A DNA stretch of 58,189 nt, filler included, from Candidatus Woesearchaeota archaeon (GTDB taxonomy: Archaea > Nanobdellota > Nanobdellia > Woesearchaeales > ARS49), in the NCBI GenBank assembly GCA_016188265.1. It is 3 parts of 3 records of this genome, joined end to end, with 100 filler letters (N's around TTAATTAATTAA, not from the genome) between each part and the next. Parts side by side here need not be neighbours in the genome. Positions count along the whole stretch, not along the records: positions 1 to 25,113 come from JACPID010000014.1; 2 more parts are not named here. One strand, given 5' to 3'. Below, piece by piece: positions 10,796 to 21,100 of the stretch. Position 1 is the first letter of the stretch. Every line of letters starts with the position of its first letter. The position numbers and the translations under genes are program-made. The notes below the pieces were generated by a model that saw only the letters and a program-made list of their open reading frames with translations, did not search any database and had not been told where the DNA came from.

Positions 10796-11482
10796 TTAAT
10801 GAATTATTGATTTCAAGAATGCAATTATTTGTTTTTTTCCAATCTTTGATTCTCCGCATTTTCTCAGCCCAAAAATATAGGGTATTTCTTTAAGCTTCCA
10901 TTTTTTTAGTTTTAATATGTCAAAAAATACTTTGTATCCTTCTTGAATAAATGATTTTTCATTTTTTTTTATAACTTCTTGAACTAGAAGGGTGTTTCCG
11001 CCAAAAAAACCAGAAACAGGATCTGAACAATATATTCCTGTTATGTGCAAGCGCATTTTTGCTAGTGCTGTTGCTGTTTTTGACATTAAACGCCTTGAAA
11101 AACCCCATTTGTTCGCTACTTTTTCTCTTACTCCAACAACAAGTTCTGCTCCTTTTTCAAGCTCTTGCAAAAAATCTTTTATTTTTTCAGGCGGGTGTTG
11201 GCCGTCTCCGTCAATAACCGCAAAATATTGTGTTTTTGCTTGCAGTATTGCATCAATAACACTTGCAGTTAATCCATGTTTTTTTTGAGAGCGGTCAAGG
11301 AGTTTTATGTTTACATTTTCTTTATCATAATTTAGAACAATTTCTTGTGTTCCATCACTACTTCCATCATCAGCAACAATAATAAAAGCATCAGGAAGGC
11401 TATTAAGTATTGTATTAATAACCCAGGAAATGTTTTCTGCTTCATTAAGAGTTGGGATTATAATTGTTAATTTTTTGTACAT
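10796..11482 (-). CDS. GT2 glycosyltransferase (polyprenol-phosphate mannosyltransferase-like)
   Basis: IPTLNE, DDGSSDGT, DGDGQHPP, SDPVSGFF, R..GESK. Confidence 0.9.
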   Translation of the reverse strand: MYKKLTIIIPTLNEAENISWVINTILNSLPDAFIIVADDGSSDGTQEIVLNYDKENVNIKLLDRSQKKHGLTASVIDAILQAKTQYFAVIDGDGQHPPEKIKDFLQELEKGAELVVGVREKVANKWGFSRRLMSKTATALAKMRLHITGIYCSDPVSGFFGGNTLLVQEVIKKNEKSFIQEGYKVFFDILKLKKWKLKEIPYIFGLRKCGESKIGKKQIIAFLKSIIH

Positions 11483-11524
11483 GTATTAAAAAGAAAAAAG
11501 AAAGAGTTTAAAAAATCTCACTCA

Positions 11525-11698
11525 TTATAGTTTTAATACTTGCCTTCGCATTTGCTGCTTGAATATTCTTATTTGATTAAGCACTTCTTGTCTTTTCTTT
11601 TTTGCAAATTCATAATCAAATCTGTACTTGCAGCTTGGACATGCTTTAGGATCTTTAACTCTTGGATTCCATTCATAATTGCACATTCTGCACTTCAT
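11525..11698 (-). CDS. Small zinc-ribbon protein
   Basis: CRMCNYEW.PR...PKACPSCK; AGGAGG SD before ATG 11698. Confidence 0.8.
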   Translation of the reverse strand: MKCRMCNYEWNPRVKDPKACPSCKYRFDYEFAKKKRQEVLNQIRIFKQQMRRQVLKL

Positions 11699-11810
11699 TT
11701 TTAATAACCTCCTAAATATAGTAATATTGATAAGAAACAAATATCAGTATATAAATCTTTCGTTACTTGACAGTGAATACTTCTCAGTCTGCAGTCAACA
11801 GTTCTGCTAA

Positions 11811-13199
11811 TTACACTTTGCAAACATTGCTTTTAACAGACCTTGTAATTCCTTTTACTGAATATTTTGCAACTGCTACTGGAAGTAGAATTCCTTCTAG
11901 CATGGCAACTTTGTTTCTTATTTTATATTGTATTATTCTTTCTTCGCCAGGTTCTAAGCTTTCAATCACCCATTTTAAAAGCGTTCCTTTTTCTAATGTT
12001 TTAATGCTTGCTGGAGATATTGTGCCTATTTGTTTTTCTTCTTGGAATACTGCAAGATTTGGAACAAGATCAAGTATTTTTACTGAATTTACACTTTGTT
12101 GGCTTCTGTTTTTTACATTAAGCAATACTTTCATTTCTAAAATTCCGCCTTCTTTTGTACTAACAATGCGAGCTTGTTTTTTTACAACAAGTTGACTGCG
12201 TAATACTGAGTATGTTGCAATGCTTCCTGCAATTATTAATAAGAAAATAATAAGAGGCCAATAATTTTTGTAAATATTGATTGTTTTAGATTCTCCTGCA
12301 GTTAAGTCAACAGACCAGGCATATTTTCCTGATAAACGCTGTACTTCTGGATCTGTACTTGTAAATAAACTTCCTAAACTACTTGCACTTTCAGAAAATT
12401 TTCCAGTACGCTGTATATTTCCTGTATTAGTAAGTTTTACTATTTTTGTTTTTGTTAACAATCCTTTTTCTTCGCCCACTGTTGTTTCAACATCACCGTA
12501 TTCTTCAATTGAAAACTTGACTCCCTGCAGGTCAAATCTTGATGTTTTTTCACCTTCAATTACAAAAATAGTTGTTCTTAAATTATCTTCTTGAGGTTTT
12601 GTATCTTTTAAGAGTGTAAATGTGTAAACTAATTTTTTTTGCTCATTAGGAGATAACGACGTACTATAATCTTTGTTTATTAATGAACTTCTTAATTTTA
12701 TTTCAACTTGATCGAGAGGTTTTCTATTTTTATTAGTTAACTCTAAGGTTATTACAAAAGGCTGTCTTGGATCTATTTTTGCAGGTAAGCTGACTTCTCC
12801 ATGAACTGAAGGTGAATATTCAGCATTTATACTTTTTGGAGATATTACTAAGACAAGATTTTTTTGCAGTATCTGATTTGTTAATGAGGATGTTATGTGT
12901 ACTGGGACTCCAAATACTCCTTCATTTTCGTTTAATGATCGTACATAAACTTCAGTTGTTAAACCCTCTGGAGGAACATTCAAGTAATCTTTTGTTCTAA
13001 CATCCCAGGATAAATCTGGAGAATAAACATCAAATTTTTCTTCATATTTGCTGTTGTGTTTTAATGTAAGCTTGTATGTTGCTTTTTCGCCAGTTTTGAT
13101 GGCCTTTTCTGCAGGTTCAAATGTAGCAGTAAATTGAAGTTGTGCATTTACTATTGCTGCACATAATACAATAATCAAAAAAATAGCAAATCTTCTCAT
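11811..13199 (-). CDS. Exported Ig-like repeat membrane protein (S-layer/COG1361-like)
   Basis: Signal peptide, repeated beta-sandwich motifs (L.N.., L.PGE), internal TM. Confidence 0.7.
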   Translation of the reverse strand: MRRFAIFLIIVLCAAIVNAQLQFTATFEPAEKAIKTGEKATYKLTLKHNSKYEEKFDVYSPDLSWDVRTKDYLNVPPEGLTTEVYVRSLNENEGVFGVPVHITSSLTNQILQKNLVLVISPKSINAEYSPSVHGEVSLPAKIDPRQPFVITLELTNKNRKPLDQVEIKLRSSLINKDYSTSLSPNEQKKLVYTFTLLKDTKPQEDNLRTTIFVIEGEKTSRFDLQGVKFSIEEYGDVETTVGEEKGLLTKTKIVKLTNTGNIQRTGKFSESASSLGSLFTSTDPEVQRLSGKYAWSVDLTAGESKTINIYKNYWPLIIFLLIIAGSIATYSVLRSQLVVKKQARIVSTKEGGILEMKVLLNVKNRSQQSVNSVKILDLVPNLAVFQEEKQIGTISPASIKTLEKGTLLKWVIESLEPGEERIIQYKIRNKVAMLEGILLPVAVAKYSVKGITRSVKSNVCKV

Positions 13200-13236
13200 C
13201 CCGCAATAACACCTTTTCTGTGATATATAAAGATTT

Positions 13237-14427
13237 CTAGACTTCAGTATTTTTTAATCTTTCTTCAGCAATTTTTATTGCTGCTTGTGAAGTTGGTATG
13301 TTTTCTTTTTCAGAATAATCAAAAATTAAATTTAAATTTTCACTTATTTCATCAATTTTTTTATAAACTTCAATTTCATTATACAATTTTCCTTTGGTTT
13401 TTGCAGCATACTCCATTGCTGCATTTATCACTCCGCCTGCATTTATTATAAAATCAGGAGCATACAGTATGTCTTTTTTATGTAAAGCTAGTCCGTCTTT
13501 TTTTTCATCCCATAATTGATTATTAGCGCTTCCTGCTATAATTGGGCATTTAAGCAAGGGTACTGTTTTTGAATTTAAAATACCGCCTAATGCGCATGGG
13601 GAAAAAATATCTGATTTTTCTGAATAAATCTGGTGGTCTGCAAAAACTGCTTTGCAAGAAACTTTTCCTTTTGCTAATCTTTGGACTTTTGCAACCTTAT
13701 TTTTATCAATATCTGTAATTATTAAGTTTGCTCTTGTTTTAACTAAATGTTTTGCCAAAACCCAGCCGACATTTCCTAATCCTTGCAATGCAATTGTTTT
13801 TCCTTTTAAGTCTGTTGTTCCAAAAACACGTTTTGCACACACTTTCATTCCATCATATATGCCATAAGCAGTAAATGGTGATGGATTACCGCTTCCGCCT
13901 GTTTTTTTTGAACAGCAAACAACACAAACCTTTTTTGTATATTTTTTAACTTCTTCTTGCATAATATCCATATCCTGTTCGCTTGTTCCAACATCTTCTC
14001 CAGTAACAAAATTACCTTCTAGTTTTATTAGTGATCTTGCAAAAGCTCTTAAAAGAGGTCTTGATTTTTTTTGATTTTTATCAAGCCAAATAATAGCTTT
14101 ACCACCGCCATGATTTAAGCCTACTGCAGCATTTTTATACGTCATTGCTTTGCTTAATCTTAAAACATCAATAATAGCATCTTCTTCTGTTTTAAACTGC
14201 CAAACACGCAATCCTCCAATAGAAGGCCCTCTAAATGTATTATGTACTGCTATAGTAAATCTTCCGTTTGTTTTTTTATCATAAAAAAAATGTAATTCTT
14301 CATGTTCAAAATGCTTCTGAATATTTTTCCAAACAACATTTTTTTTTATAAATTCATGAGATAGTTTTCCTTTAACCCAAGAAATATGCTTAATATTGCT
14401 TTTTTGCATTAATGAAAATATTGCCAT
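13237..14427 (-). CDS. Glu/Leu/Phe/Val dehydrogenase (leucine dehydrogenase-like)
   Basis: GPSIGGLR, MTYK, GGGKA, TGEDVGT, QGLGNVG, PCALGG, GSANNQ, APDFIINAGG. Confidence 0.93.
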   Translation of the reverse strand: MAIFSLMQKSNIKHISWVKGKLSHEFIKKNVVWKNIQKHFEHEELHFFYDKKTNGRFTIAVHNTFRGPSIGGLRVWQFKTEEDAIIDVLRLSKAMTYKNAAVGLNHGGGKAIIWLDKNQKKSRPLLRAFARSLIKLEGNFVTGEDVGTSEQDMDIMQEEVKKYTKKVCVVCCSKKTGGSGNPSPFTAYGIYDGMKVCAKRVFGTTDLKGKTIALQGLGNVGWVLAKHLVKTRANLIITDIDKNKVAKVQRLAKGKVSCKAVFADHQIYSEKSDIFSPCALGGILNSKTVPLLKCPIIAGSANNQLWDEKKDGLALHKKDILYAPDFIINAGGVINAAMEYAAKTKGKLYNEIEVYKKIDEISENLNLIFDYSEKENIPTSQAAIKIAEERLKNTEV

Positions 14428-14491
14428 TTTACTTCTTTTTATTGTTTTTTAGAGAGTCAGGTTTAAATATTTAATTGTTAATGCTATTATA

Positions 14492-14938
14492 ATGAAAAAT
14501 TTGCTTAAGACTTGGATTGCTAGTTCATTTACTTTCTTATTTGCTTTTTTATTTAATTTTGTTTGGGAAACACTTCATGCAGTTTACTTGTATAAAGATC
14601 ATAACTTTTTAGCTTTGCCCTATGTAAGAATGGTTATGTATGCATCAACAGTTGATGCTAGCTTGATACTTTTAATATTTTTTAGTGGATATTTTTTATT
14701 TGGAAAAAAACATTGGCTTCAAAATTATAAACTAAAACAAAGTATTTTTACAATAATTTTTGCATTGCTTATCGCAATAATAATTGAAGTTAAAGCTGTT
14801 TACGTGTTTAAACAATGGTCTTATAATGCTTTAATGCCTGTAATTATGGGCATTGGTTTAAGCCCTTTAGTGCAGTTGGCTGTAACTGGCTGGTTAAGTA
14901 TGCTTCTTACTTCAGTTTTGCTTTACAAAAAATATTAA
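14492..14938 (+). CDS. Small polytopic membrane protein
   Basis: Four TM helices; NFVWE, WSY...MP...GIGLSPLVQ motifs. Confidence 0.75.
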   Translation: MKNLLKTWIASSFTFLFAFLFNFVWETLHAVYLYKDHNFLALPYVRMVMYASTVDASLILLIFFSGYFLFGKKHWLQNYKLKQSIFTIIFALLIAIIIEVKAVYVFKQWSYNALMPVIMGIGLSPLVQLAVTGWLSMLLTSVLLYKKY

Positions 14939-14939
14939 T

Positions 14940-15422
14940 CTATTCTATCAGGATTCTGATTGTTTCTCTTTGTACTTTTATTATGAGGTCTTTTATTTTC
15001 TTTAATTGTTGTAAATCAATGGTGGTTCCAACTCCATATGTTGAAAGTTCTCTGCTTTCTCTTACAGTCGGATTGATAATGTTCTTCTCAACATCAAGAG
15101 TATCAAATTGAGTAATCAAATCTTTATCCAAGCTCAGTTTCTCATTATTTATTAAAGTGAGCAAGATTGTTATTGTGCATGCCTGGTTTCTCGACTCGTA
15201 GCCGTGTTTGACTAACAGTGCCAAAAAGCAGTGGTAAATGGAGTAAAATCCAACATTAAGTGCCCAGTCATACTTTTTCAATTTTTCAAGAATCTGTACA
15301 ACTTCATAATTATACTCTGATTTTTTAATGTGTTTTTGAGCCAATTCCAAATCAGGTTTGGTTTTTATCAGCCTTCTTGGATCTTTCAGGCACCATTTTA
15401 AATGTTCTTCTATTCGCGGCAT
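14940..15422 (-). CDS. HEPN domain protein (toxin of MNT-HEPN pair)
   Basis: A..H..K...N, W.....FYSIYH...ALL...G, R..STY; overlaps upstream MNT. Confidence 0.85.
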   Translation of the reverse strand: MPRIEEHLKWCLKDPRRLIKTKPDLELAQKHIKKSEYNYEVVQILEKLKKYDWALNVGFYSIYHCFLALLVKHGYESRNQACTITILLTLINNEKLSLDKDLITQFDTLDVEKNIINPTVRESRELSTYGVGTTIDLQQLKKIKDLIIKVQRETIRILIE

Positions 15423-16018
15423 TTTTGTATTATCTCAACATATTTTTCAGGGTTATGAAACACAAGAGTGTTTGAAAGTATATTGTAAAAAATCTTATTT
15501 TCCTTATTGGTTAAAATATCCTTTTCTGTGATATCCACATACCTTATCGGTTTTTCAATTAATCCAGACTTTCTTAATTCATCCTTTAATCTCTTAACAT
15601 CTTTTGACTTATCCTTGTCGTACATAAGCAATACGTCTATGTCATTGAAATCTCTGGTTTTTATTGAGGATCCAAAAACTAATCCGAGTTGGATACAAGG
15701 CTTAAATTTGTTTAATCCATGAAGAGGCACAATCAGCCATTTAGGAAACTCTTTTTCTTCCAAGCTTAGCATGTATTCTATGAATTTTATGGCTAATTTA
15801 TTGCCGTAATTATAAGAAAAATAAACTGCATTTCCTATCTTTTCTTTAACCAAAAGCATTTTGTTTGCTAAAAGATTGCATAATTTATTGGCGTGAGCGT
15901 GATTAATGTTTAATATTTTTGCCAATTGCCGTGCATTATGCTTATCTTTGTAGTGCTTGAAAAGGTATTTGGCTATCTTGATTTCAATCTTTGTAAATTG
16001 TATGTTTTTAGCATCCAT
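15410..16018 (-). CDS. HTH-fused minimal nucleotidyltransferase (MNT antitoxin)
   Basis: N-terminal wHTH (NARQLAKILNI); FGS..K....NDID catalytic motif. Confidence 0.88.
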   Translation of the reverse strand: MDAKNIQFTKIEIKIAKYLFKHYKDKHNARQLAKILNINHAHANKLCNLLANKMLLVKEKIGNAVYFSYNYGNKLAIKFIEYMLSLEEKEFPKWLIVPLHGLNKFKPCIQLGLVFGSSIKTRDFNDIDVLLMYDKDKSKDVKRLKDELRKSGLIEKPIRYVDITEKDILTNKENKIFYNILSNTLVFHNPEKYVEIIQKCRE

Positions 16019-16020
16019 TT

Positions 16021-16037
16021 GTATGTTTATAACATAC
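16021..16037. promoter_or_regulatory. Palindromic operator upstream of the MNT gene
   Basis: GTATGTT-TAT-AACATAC between TATA-like box and start codon. Confidence 0.55.
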
Positions 16038-16145
16038 GTTTATATTTAAACCTTTTGGTTATAAATTTATACGCTTCGCAGAATCAACTGAATCATCAAC
16101 ATTCTTAAGAAAAAAATCTAGGTAAATTAAGCTACCAATTTCAGC

Positions 16146-16550
16146 TTAGCGTTCATAATATTCTCCGAATCTTTCTGTTCTATTATCATTAAATATTTCA
16201 TCGTAAATTACGTGATATTCGTATTCTGAATATCCTGCTTTTTTTAATTGTTCTTCAACATCTGGAATAGATTCTTTAATTGCATCATGCCAGTCTAGAC
16301 CTTCTGCTTTATATTCCAAGCCTTTATTTTTTACAAATTCTGCACTTAATTTTGGCAGTATCAGCATTTTGTCAATGCTTTTGTTTTTCGTAAAATATTC
16401 TGAGATTGAAATTGTTATTAGCGGCATAAATGTTGCTGAAACAGCTGCAAAAATGCAAAAATAAATATTTTCTTTTATTTTTCTTCTCATACCACTAAAA
16501 AGAAAGAGTTTATTTAAAATGGTTTTGATTGGATGAATAAAAGGGTTCAT
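16146..16550 (-). CDS. Hypothetical membrane-anchored protein
   Basis: 134-aa ORF with one hydrophobic segment. Confidence 0.5.
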   Translation of the reverse strand: MNPFIHPIKTILNKLFLFSGMRRKIKENIYFCIFAAVSATFMPLITISISEYFTKNKSIDKMLILPKLSAEFVKNKGLEYKAEGLDWHDAIKESIPDVEEQLKKAGYSEYEYHVIYDEIFNDNRTERFGEYYER

Positions 16551-16607
16551 TTCAGATCACTTAATGAAGTTACTGCAGCTAAATTATTACTTGCTATGAT
16601 AAAATAA

Positions 16608-16747
16608 TGCCCGACATAAATAACTCATAAAATTGTTATGTCTGGCAAACGCAAGAAAGTCAAAAACTTTCTGCGCACAGAAATGCATTGCATTTCTCGT
16701 GTATTAGTAAGCGATTTATTCTATGACTTACTTTTGTCGCTTACTAA
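16608..16747. repeat. Stack of palindromic REP/MITE-like units
   Basis: TGCCCGACATAA..TTATGTCTGGCA; double hairpin 16650-16701 similar to 46230-46283; TTAGTAAGCGA..TCGCTTACTAA. Confidence 0.75.
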
Positions 16748-16764
16748 AACATGGAAAAATTTAT

Positions 16765-16795
16765 ATAGTACAATTTTATAGTAAAATTGTACTAT
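16765..16795. promoter_or_regulatory. 14-bp perfect inverted repeat over TSS/start codon of the AAA_14 gene
   Basis: ATAGTACAATTTTA-TAG-TAAAATTGTACTAT. Confidence 0.65.
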
Positions 16796-18098
16796 GAAGG
16801 ATATATTGAGTACGGTTTTGGCGGAGTGGATCGAGAAAAAACTCCCTGATTTAATTGATAGAGATATAGACCTGAGTAATTATCTTTCATATCCTAAAAA
16901 AATTATCGTAATCAGTGGTTTCAGAAGAGTTGGAAAAACATATTTAACTTATCAGTTAATTAAAAAGCTTTTAAAAAATAAAAACAAAGAAGAAGTCATT
17001 TACTTAAATTTTGAAGATGAAAGAATTCCCACTAAAACAGAAGTATTATCAGAATTAATTCCTACTTTAAAAGAAAATTTTTCACATAAACCATACGTTT
17101 TTTTTTTAGATGAAATTCATGTAATACCTAATTGGAGTAAATGGTTAAGAAGAGTGCATGATAATCATGATTTCTTTTTATTTGTTACAGGATCTTCTTC
17201 TAAAATGTCGATAAAAGAGATTCCGACAGAATTAAGGGGCAGGTATATTTGTATTGAAGTTTTTCCTTTAACATTTGAAGAATTTTTAAATTTTAAAAAG
17301 ATTGTTTTAAATAAAAAAAAATCAAAGAAGACTGAAGAGGAAAAAGCTATTATTTTAAAAGCGCTTAATGAATATGTAATATTCGGTGGTTTGCCAGCAG
17401 TTGTTCTTGAAAGTGAAAGTAGGAAAAAAGAATTGTTGCAAAACTATTATTGGTCGGTCGTTCACAGAGATATAATTGAAAGATTTAAAGTTAAGAATGA
17501 AGAAGGATTAAGATCTTTATTACGTCTTTTACTTAATTCTACTTCATATTCTGTTAGTAAATTATACAATACTCTTAAAAGCGCTCAAATAGAAATAGGT
17601 AAAACAACTATTTTGAATTATATTTTGTATATAGAAAATTCTTATTTTATGTTTTCAGTGCCAGTTTTATCAAAAAAAATAAAGAATCAATTACAATACC
17701 CCAGAAAAATTTATTTTACAGATACGGGTTTTATAACAGCATTATCTTTAAAATTTTCAGACAATATCGGACGACTTTATGAAAACTTAGTTTTTATAGA
17801 GTTAAAAAGAAGAAACAACCTACATCAAGAAATATATTATTGGAGATCTGAACAAAAAGAAGAAGTGGACTTTGTTATTAGAGAAGGATTGAAAACTAAA
17901 CAGTTAATACAAGTATGTTATGATATTGATGATTATGCAGTGAAAAAAAGAGAGCTAAAAGCTTTGTTAAAAGCTTGCAGTGAATTGAAATGTAATAAAT
18001 TACTTGTTATTACAAAATATAAAGAAGGTGAAGAAAAACTAAAGGGAAAAAAAATAAAATATGCTCCTTTATGGAAGTGGCTTCTTAAACTAGACTAG
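16794..18098 (+). CDS. AAA_14 + DUF4143 ATP-binding protein
   Basis: GFRRVGKT, NFEDER, FLDEI, TGSSS, KIYFTDTG, EVDFV..LIQV. Confidence 0.92.
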   Translation: MKDILSTVLAEWIEKKLPDLIDRDIDLSNYLSYPKKIIVISGFRRVGKTYLTYQLIKKLLKNKNKEEVIYLNFEDERIPTKTEVLSELIPTLKENFSHKPYVFFLDEIHVIPNWSKWLRRVHDNHDFFLFVTGSSSKMSIKEIPTELRGRYICIEVFPLTFEEFLNFKKIVLNKKKSKKTEEEKAIILKALNEYVIFGGLPAVVLESESRKKELLQNYYWSVVHRDIIERFKVKNEEGLRSLLRLLLNSTSYSVSKLYNTLKSAQIEIGKTTILNYILYIENSYFMFSVPVLSKKIKNQLQYPRKIYFTDTGFITALSLKFSDNIGRLYENLVFIELKRRNNLHQEIYYWRSEQKEEVDFVIREGLKTKQLIQVCYDIDDYAVKKRELKALLKACSELKCNKLLVITKYKEGEEKLKGKKIKYAPLWKWLLKLD

Positions 18099-18188
18099 AA
18101 AACTCCCTAAATATTTATAAGTAAGATATTCTTTAAACTTGTATTCAAAGGGATGATGTTTGTCTAGAGAGTAAAGGATGATATTTGC

Positions 18189-21100
18189 ATGAAAAAGGGG
18201 TTTATGAGTACAAAAAATGTATTAATCTTTATACTTGTTGCTGTTTTTTTTTCTAGTTTTGTTTTTGCTGCAAATTGTGCTGATGTTGCAGGTAATTCTT
18301 CTGGGCAGACAGGCTTTGTTAATAATGACCTTACTCTAACAGCAAATATTCTAAATATCAACGGAACTTGTTTTACTATTAATGCTTCTAATCTTTTGAT
18401 TAATGGCGGGGGATTTAACATTTCTAGTAATGGTTCAGGCACTGGTTTATCTGATGTTGGTGGTTTTGATAATGTAACAATAAGAAATTTTGCTGGAATT
18501 CTTAACTTTACACATGGTATTAATTTATCTAGTGTAGAGAATGCTACAATATTTAATAATACTATTAGTAATGCTAATGCTGCTAATGGTTATGGGATTT
18601 ATTTAAAATCAAATGCTAATTATAATAATATTTCTTCAAATACAATTAATACTTCAGGTAGTAATGGTTACGGGATTTATATTGATACAATAACTCAAAG
18701 AAATATCATCTTATCTAACAACATCAACACTTCTGGCGCTACTGCTTATGGTATTCTTTTGGATAATTCAAAGGAGCAGATTGTTTCAGGCAATACCATC
18801 AACACGTTCAATACTGATGGCTATGGCATTTATTTGTCAGGGAGTCCTTCAGGCAATAATGTTACAGGTAATGTTATTACTACTAGAGGTACTACTGCTT
18901 ATCCTGTTGTATTAAGCACTCCTAGAGTATATAATAATATTAGCGACAATAATTTGACTAGCCACGCTAACACTGTTCATGGTGTTTTTTTTAATAATGC
19001 TCATAATCAGACTTTTTCTGGCAATAGAATAGAGACTAACGGTAGCAGCGCTGTGGGTGTTCGTTTACTAACCAGTAATCCAGAAAATAATACAATTCAA
19101 TTAAACACAATTATTACCAATGGTACTAGTGCTTTTGGTATCGAACTCGTCAATCCTATCACTGTAACTAATAGATTCTTATCTAACAGAATTAACACTT
19201 CTGGCACTACTGCGTATGGTATTTATTTGCCTAACTCAAAGGAGCAGGTTGTTTCAGGTAACACAATTAACACGTTCAACACTGATGGTTATGGCATTTA
19301 TTTGGAAGGGAGTGGTCCTTCAGGTAATAATGTTACTGGCAATGTTATAACTACCAGGGGCACTACTGCTTATCCTGTTGTATTAAGCACTCCTAGAGTA
19401 TACAATAATATTAGCGACAATAATTTAACCAGCCACGCTAACACTGTTCATGGTGTTTTTTTTAACAATGCTCATAATCAAACTTTTTCTGGCAATAGAA
19501 TAGAAACTAATGGCAGCAGCGCTGAGGGGGTTCATTTAATAACCAGCAACCCTGAGAACAACACAATAAGTCGTAATACAATTATTACCAATGGTACTGA
19601 TGCTTACGGTATTTTAAGTAGTACTATTACTGTAACTAATAGGTTTTTATCCAACAAAATTAACACTTCTGGTGCTGCTGCTTATGGTATTTTTTTATCT
19701 AGTTCTGATTTTCATGTTGTTAATGGAAACATTATTAATGTTTTTGGGAGTGGCGCTGATAATCGTGGTATTGACATACGGACCGCGGATAGTAATAATG
19801 TTACTGGTAATATTGTGACCATGTTTGGTTCTGGTACGGGTGATATCACTAATTTCGGAATTGTACCAAATGGTGGCGCTCAATACAATAATGTCAGTGA
19901 TAATAACGTGACTACTCACGGTAATAATGATCATGGTATTCTATTGCATAATTCACCTAATAATACTGTCAGCGGTAATCATATTGAGACTAATGGCAGT
20001 ACTAGTTATGGTATTTATTTAGCTTCTAGTTCTGTTGAGAATATCACAATTAGTAGTAATACAATTATTACCAATGGTACTGATTCTTATGGAATTTATA
20101 GTCCATCTATCACTGCAACTAACAGATTCTTATCCAACAACATCAACACTTCAGGATCAACTGCTTATGGTATTTACTTATCTGGTTCTAATAATCATGT
20201 TCTTGAATCTAATAGTATTACAACTACTAGTGCTACCAATGCCTACGCTATATTTTTAGACAATGCTGACAATAATAATCTTACTGGTGACAAGCTTAAT
20301 GCTACTAACAGTGCTGAGTTTAGATCAATATCAACTTCAACAGATAATAGAATACTTAATATGATTTTGTTGGGTGATGTTAATATAACTTCTTTTGAAT
20401 TTAATGCAGTACAGTTTGATATTAATACTACGCCTCCAACACATTCAGTATTATTGGGAAACCTTACAGACTTTATTGATATCAGCCAGACCAGCGCTGG
20501 TGGGTATATTGATTTTAATCTGTCGTATACTGCTAATGATGTTAATCAGGTTATTGAAAACACAATTAAAATGTTCAGGTTTAATTCTACTTCAAATGCT
20601 TATGAAAATATAACAACTTTCAGTCTTGATACAACAAACAATATAGTAAGATCAGGCAATGTAACTAGCTTTTCTATTTTCACTGCTCTTGGTGATCTTA
20701 TTTGTGCTTCTAGAAATGGAAATATTACTTTAGATAAAAATCTTAATAATATTAATGGCACTTGTATGACAATCAATGCTTCAAATATAATCCTGGAAGG
20801 TGCTGGTTTTAATTTAACAGGAAACACCACAGGCATGGGTTTTTTCAGCAACAGCAGCTTTACTAATATAACTATTAGAAATTTTGGTGGAATCAATAAT
20901 TTTACAATGGGTATAAACTTTACTGGAGTTACTGGCTCAACTATTTTTAATAATACTATAATTGGCGCTGATGTTGCTAATGCTTATGGAATCTTGCTTG
21001 ATGCAAAATCTAACAATAATAATATATCTAATAATTTTATTAATACTTCTGGCACTGAATCAAGCGGCATCAGGCTTTTTAATTCTTTTAATAACACTAT

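Noticed and set aside
18711..19670. DGR template/variable repeat pair
   Set aside because: Tandem in-frame copies with mostly synonymous, non-adenine-specific differences; no RT
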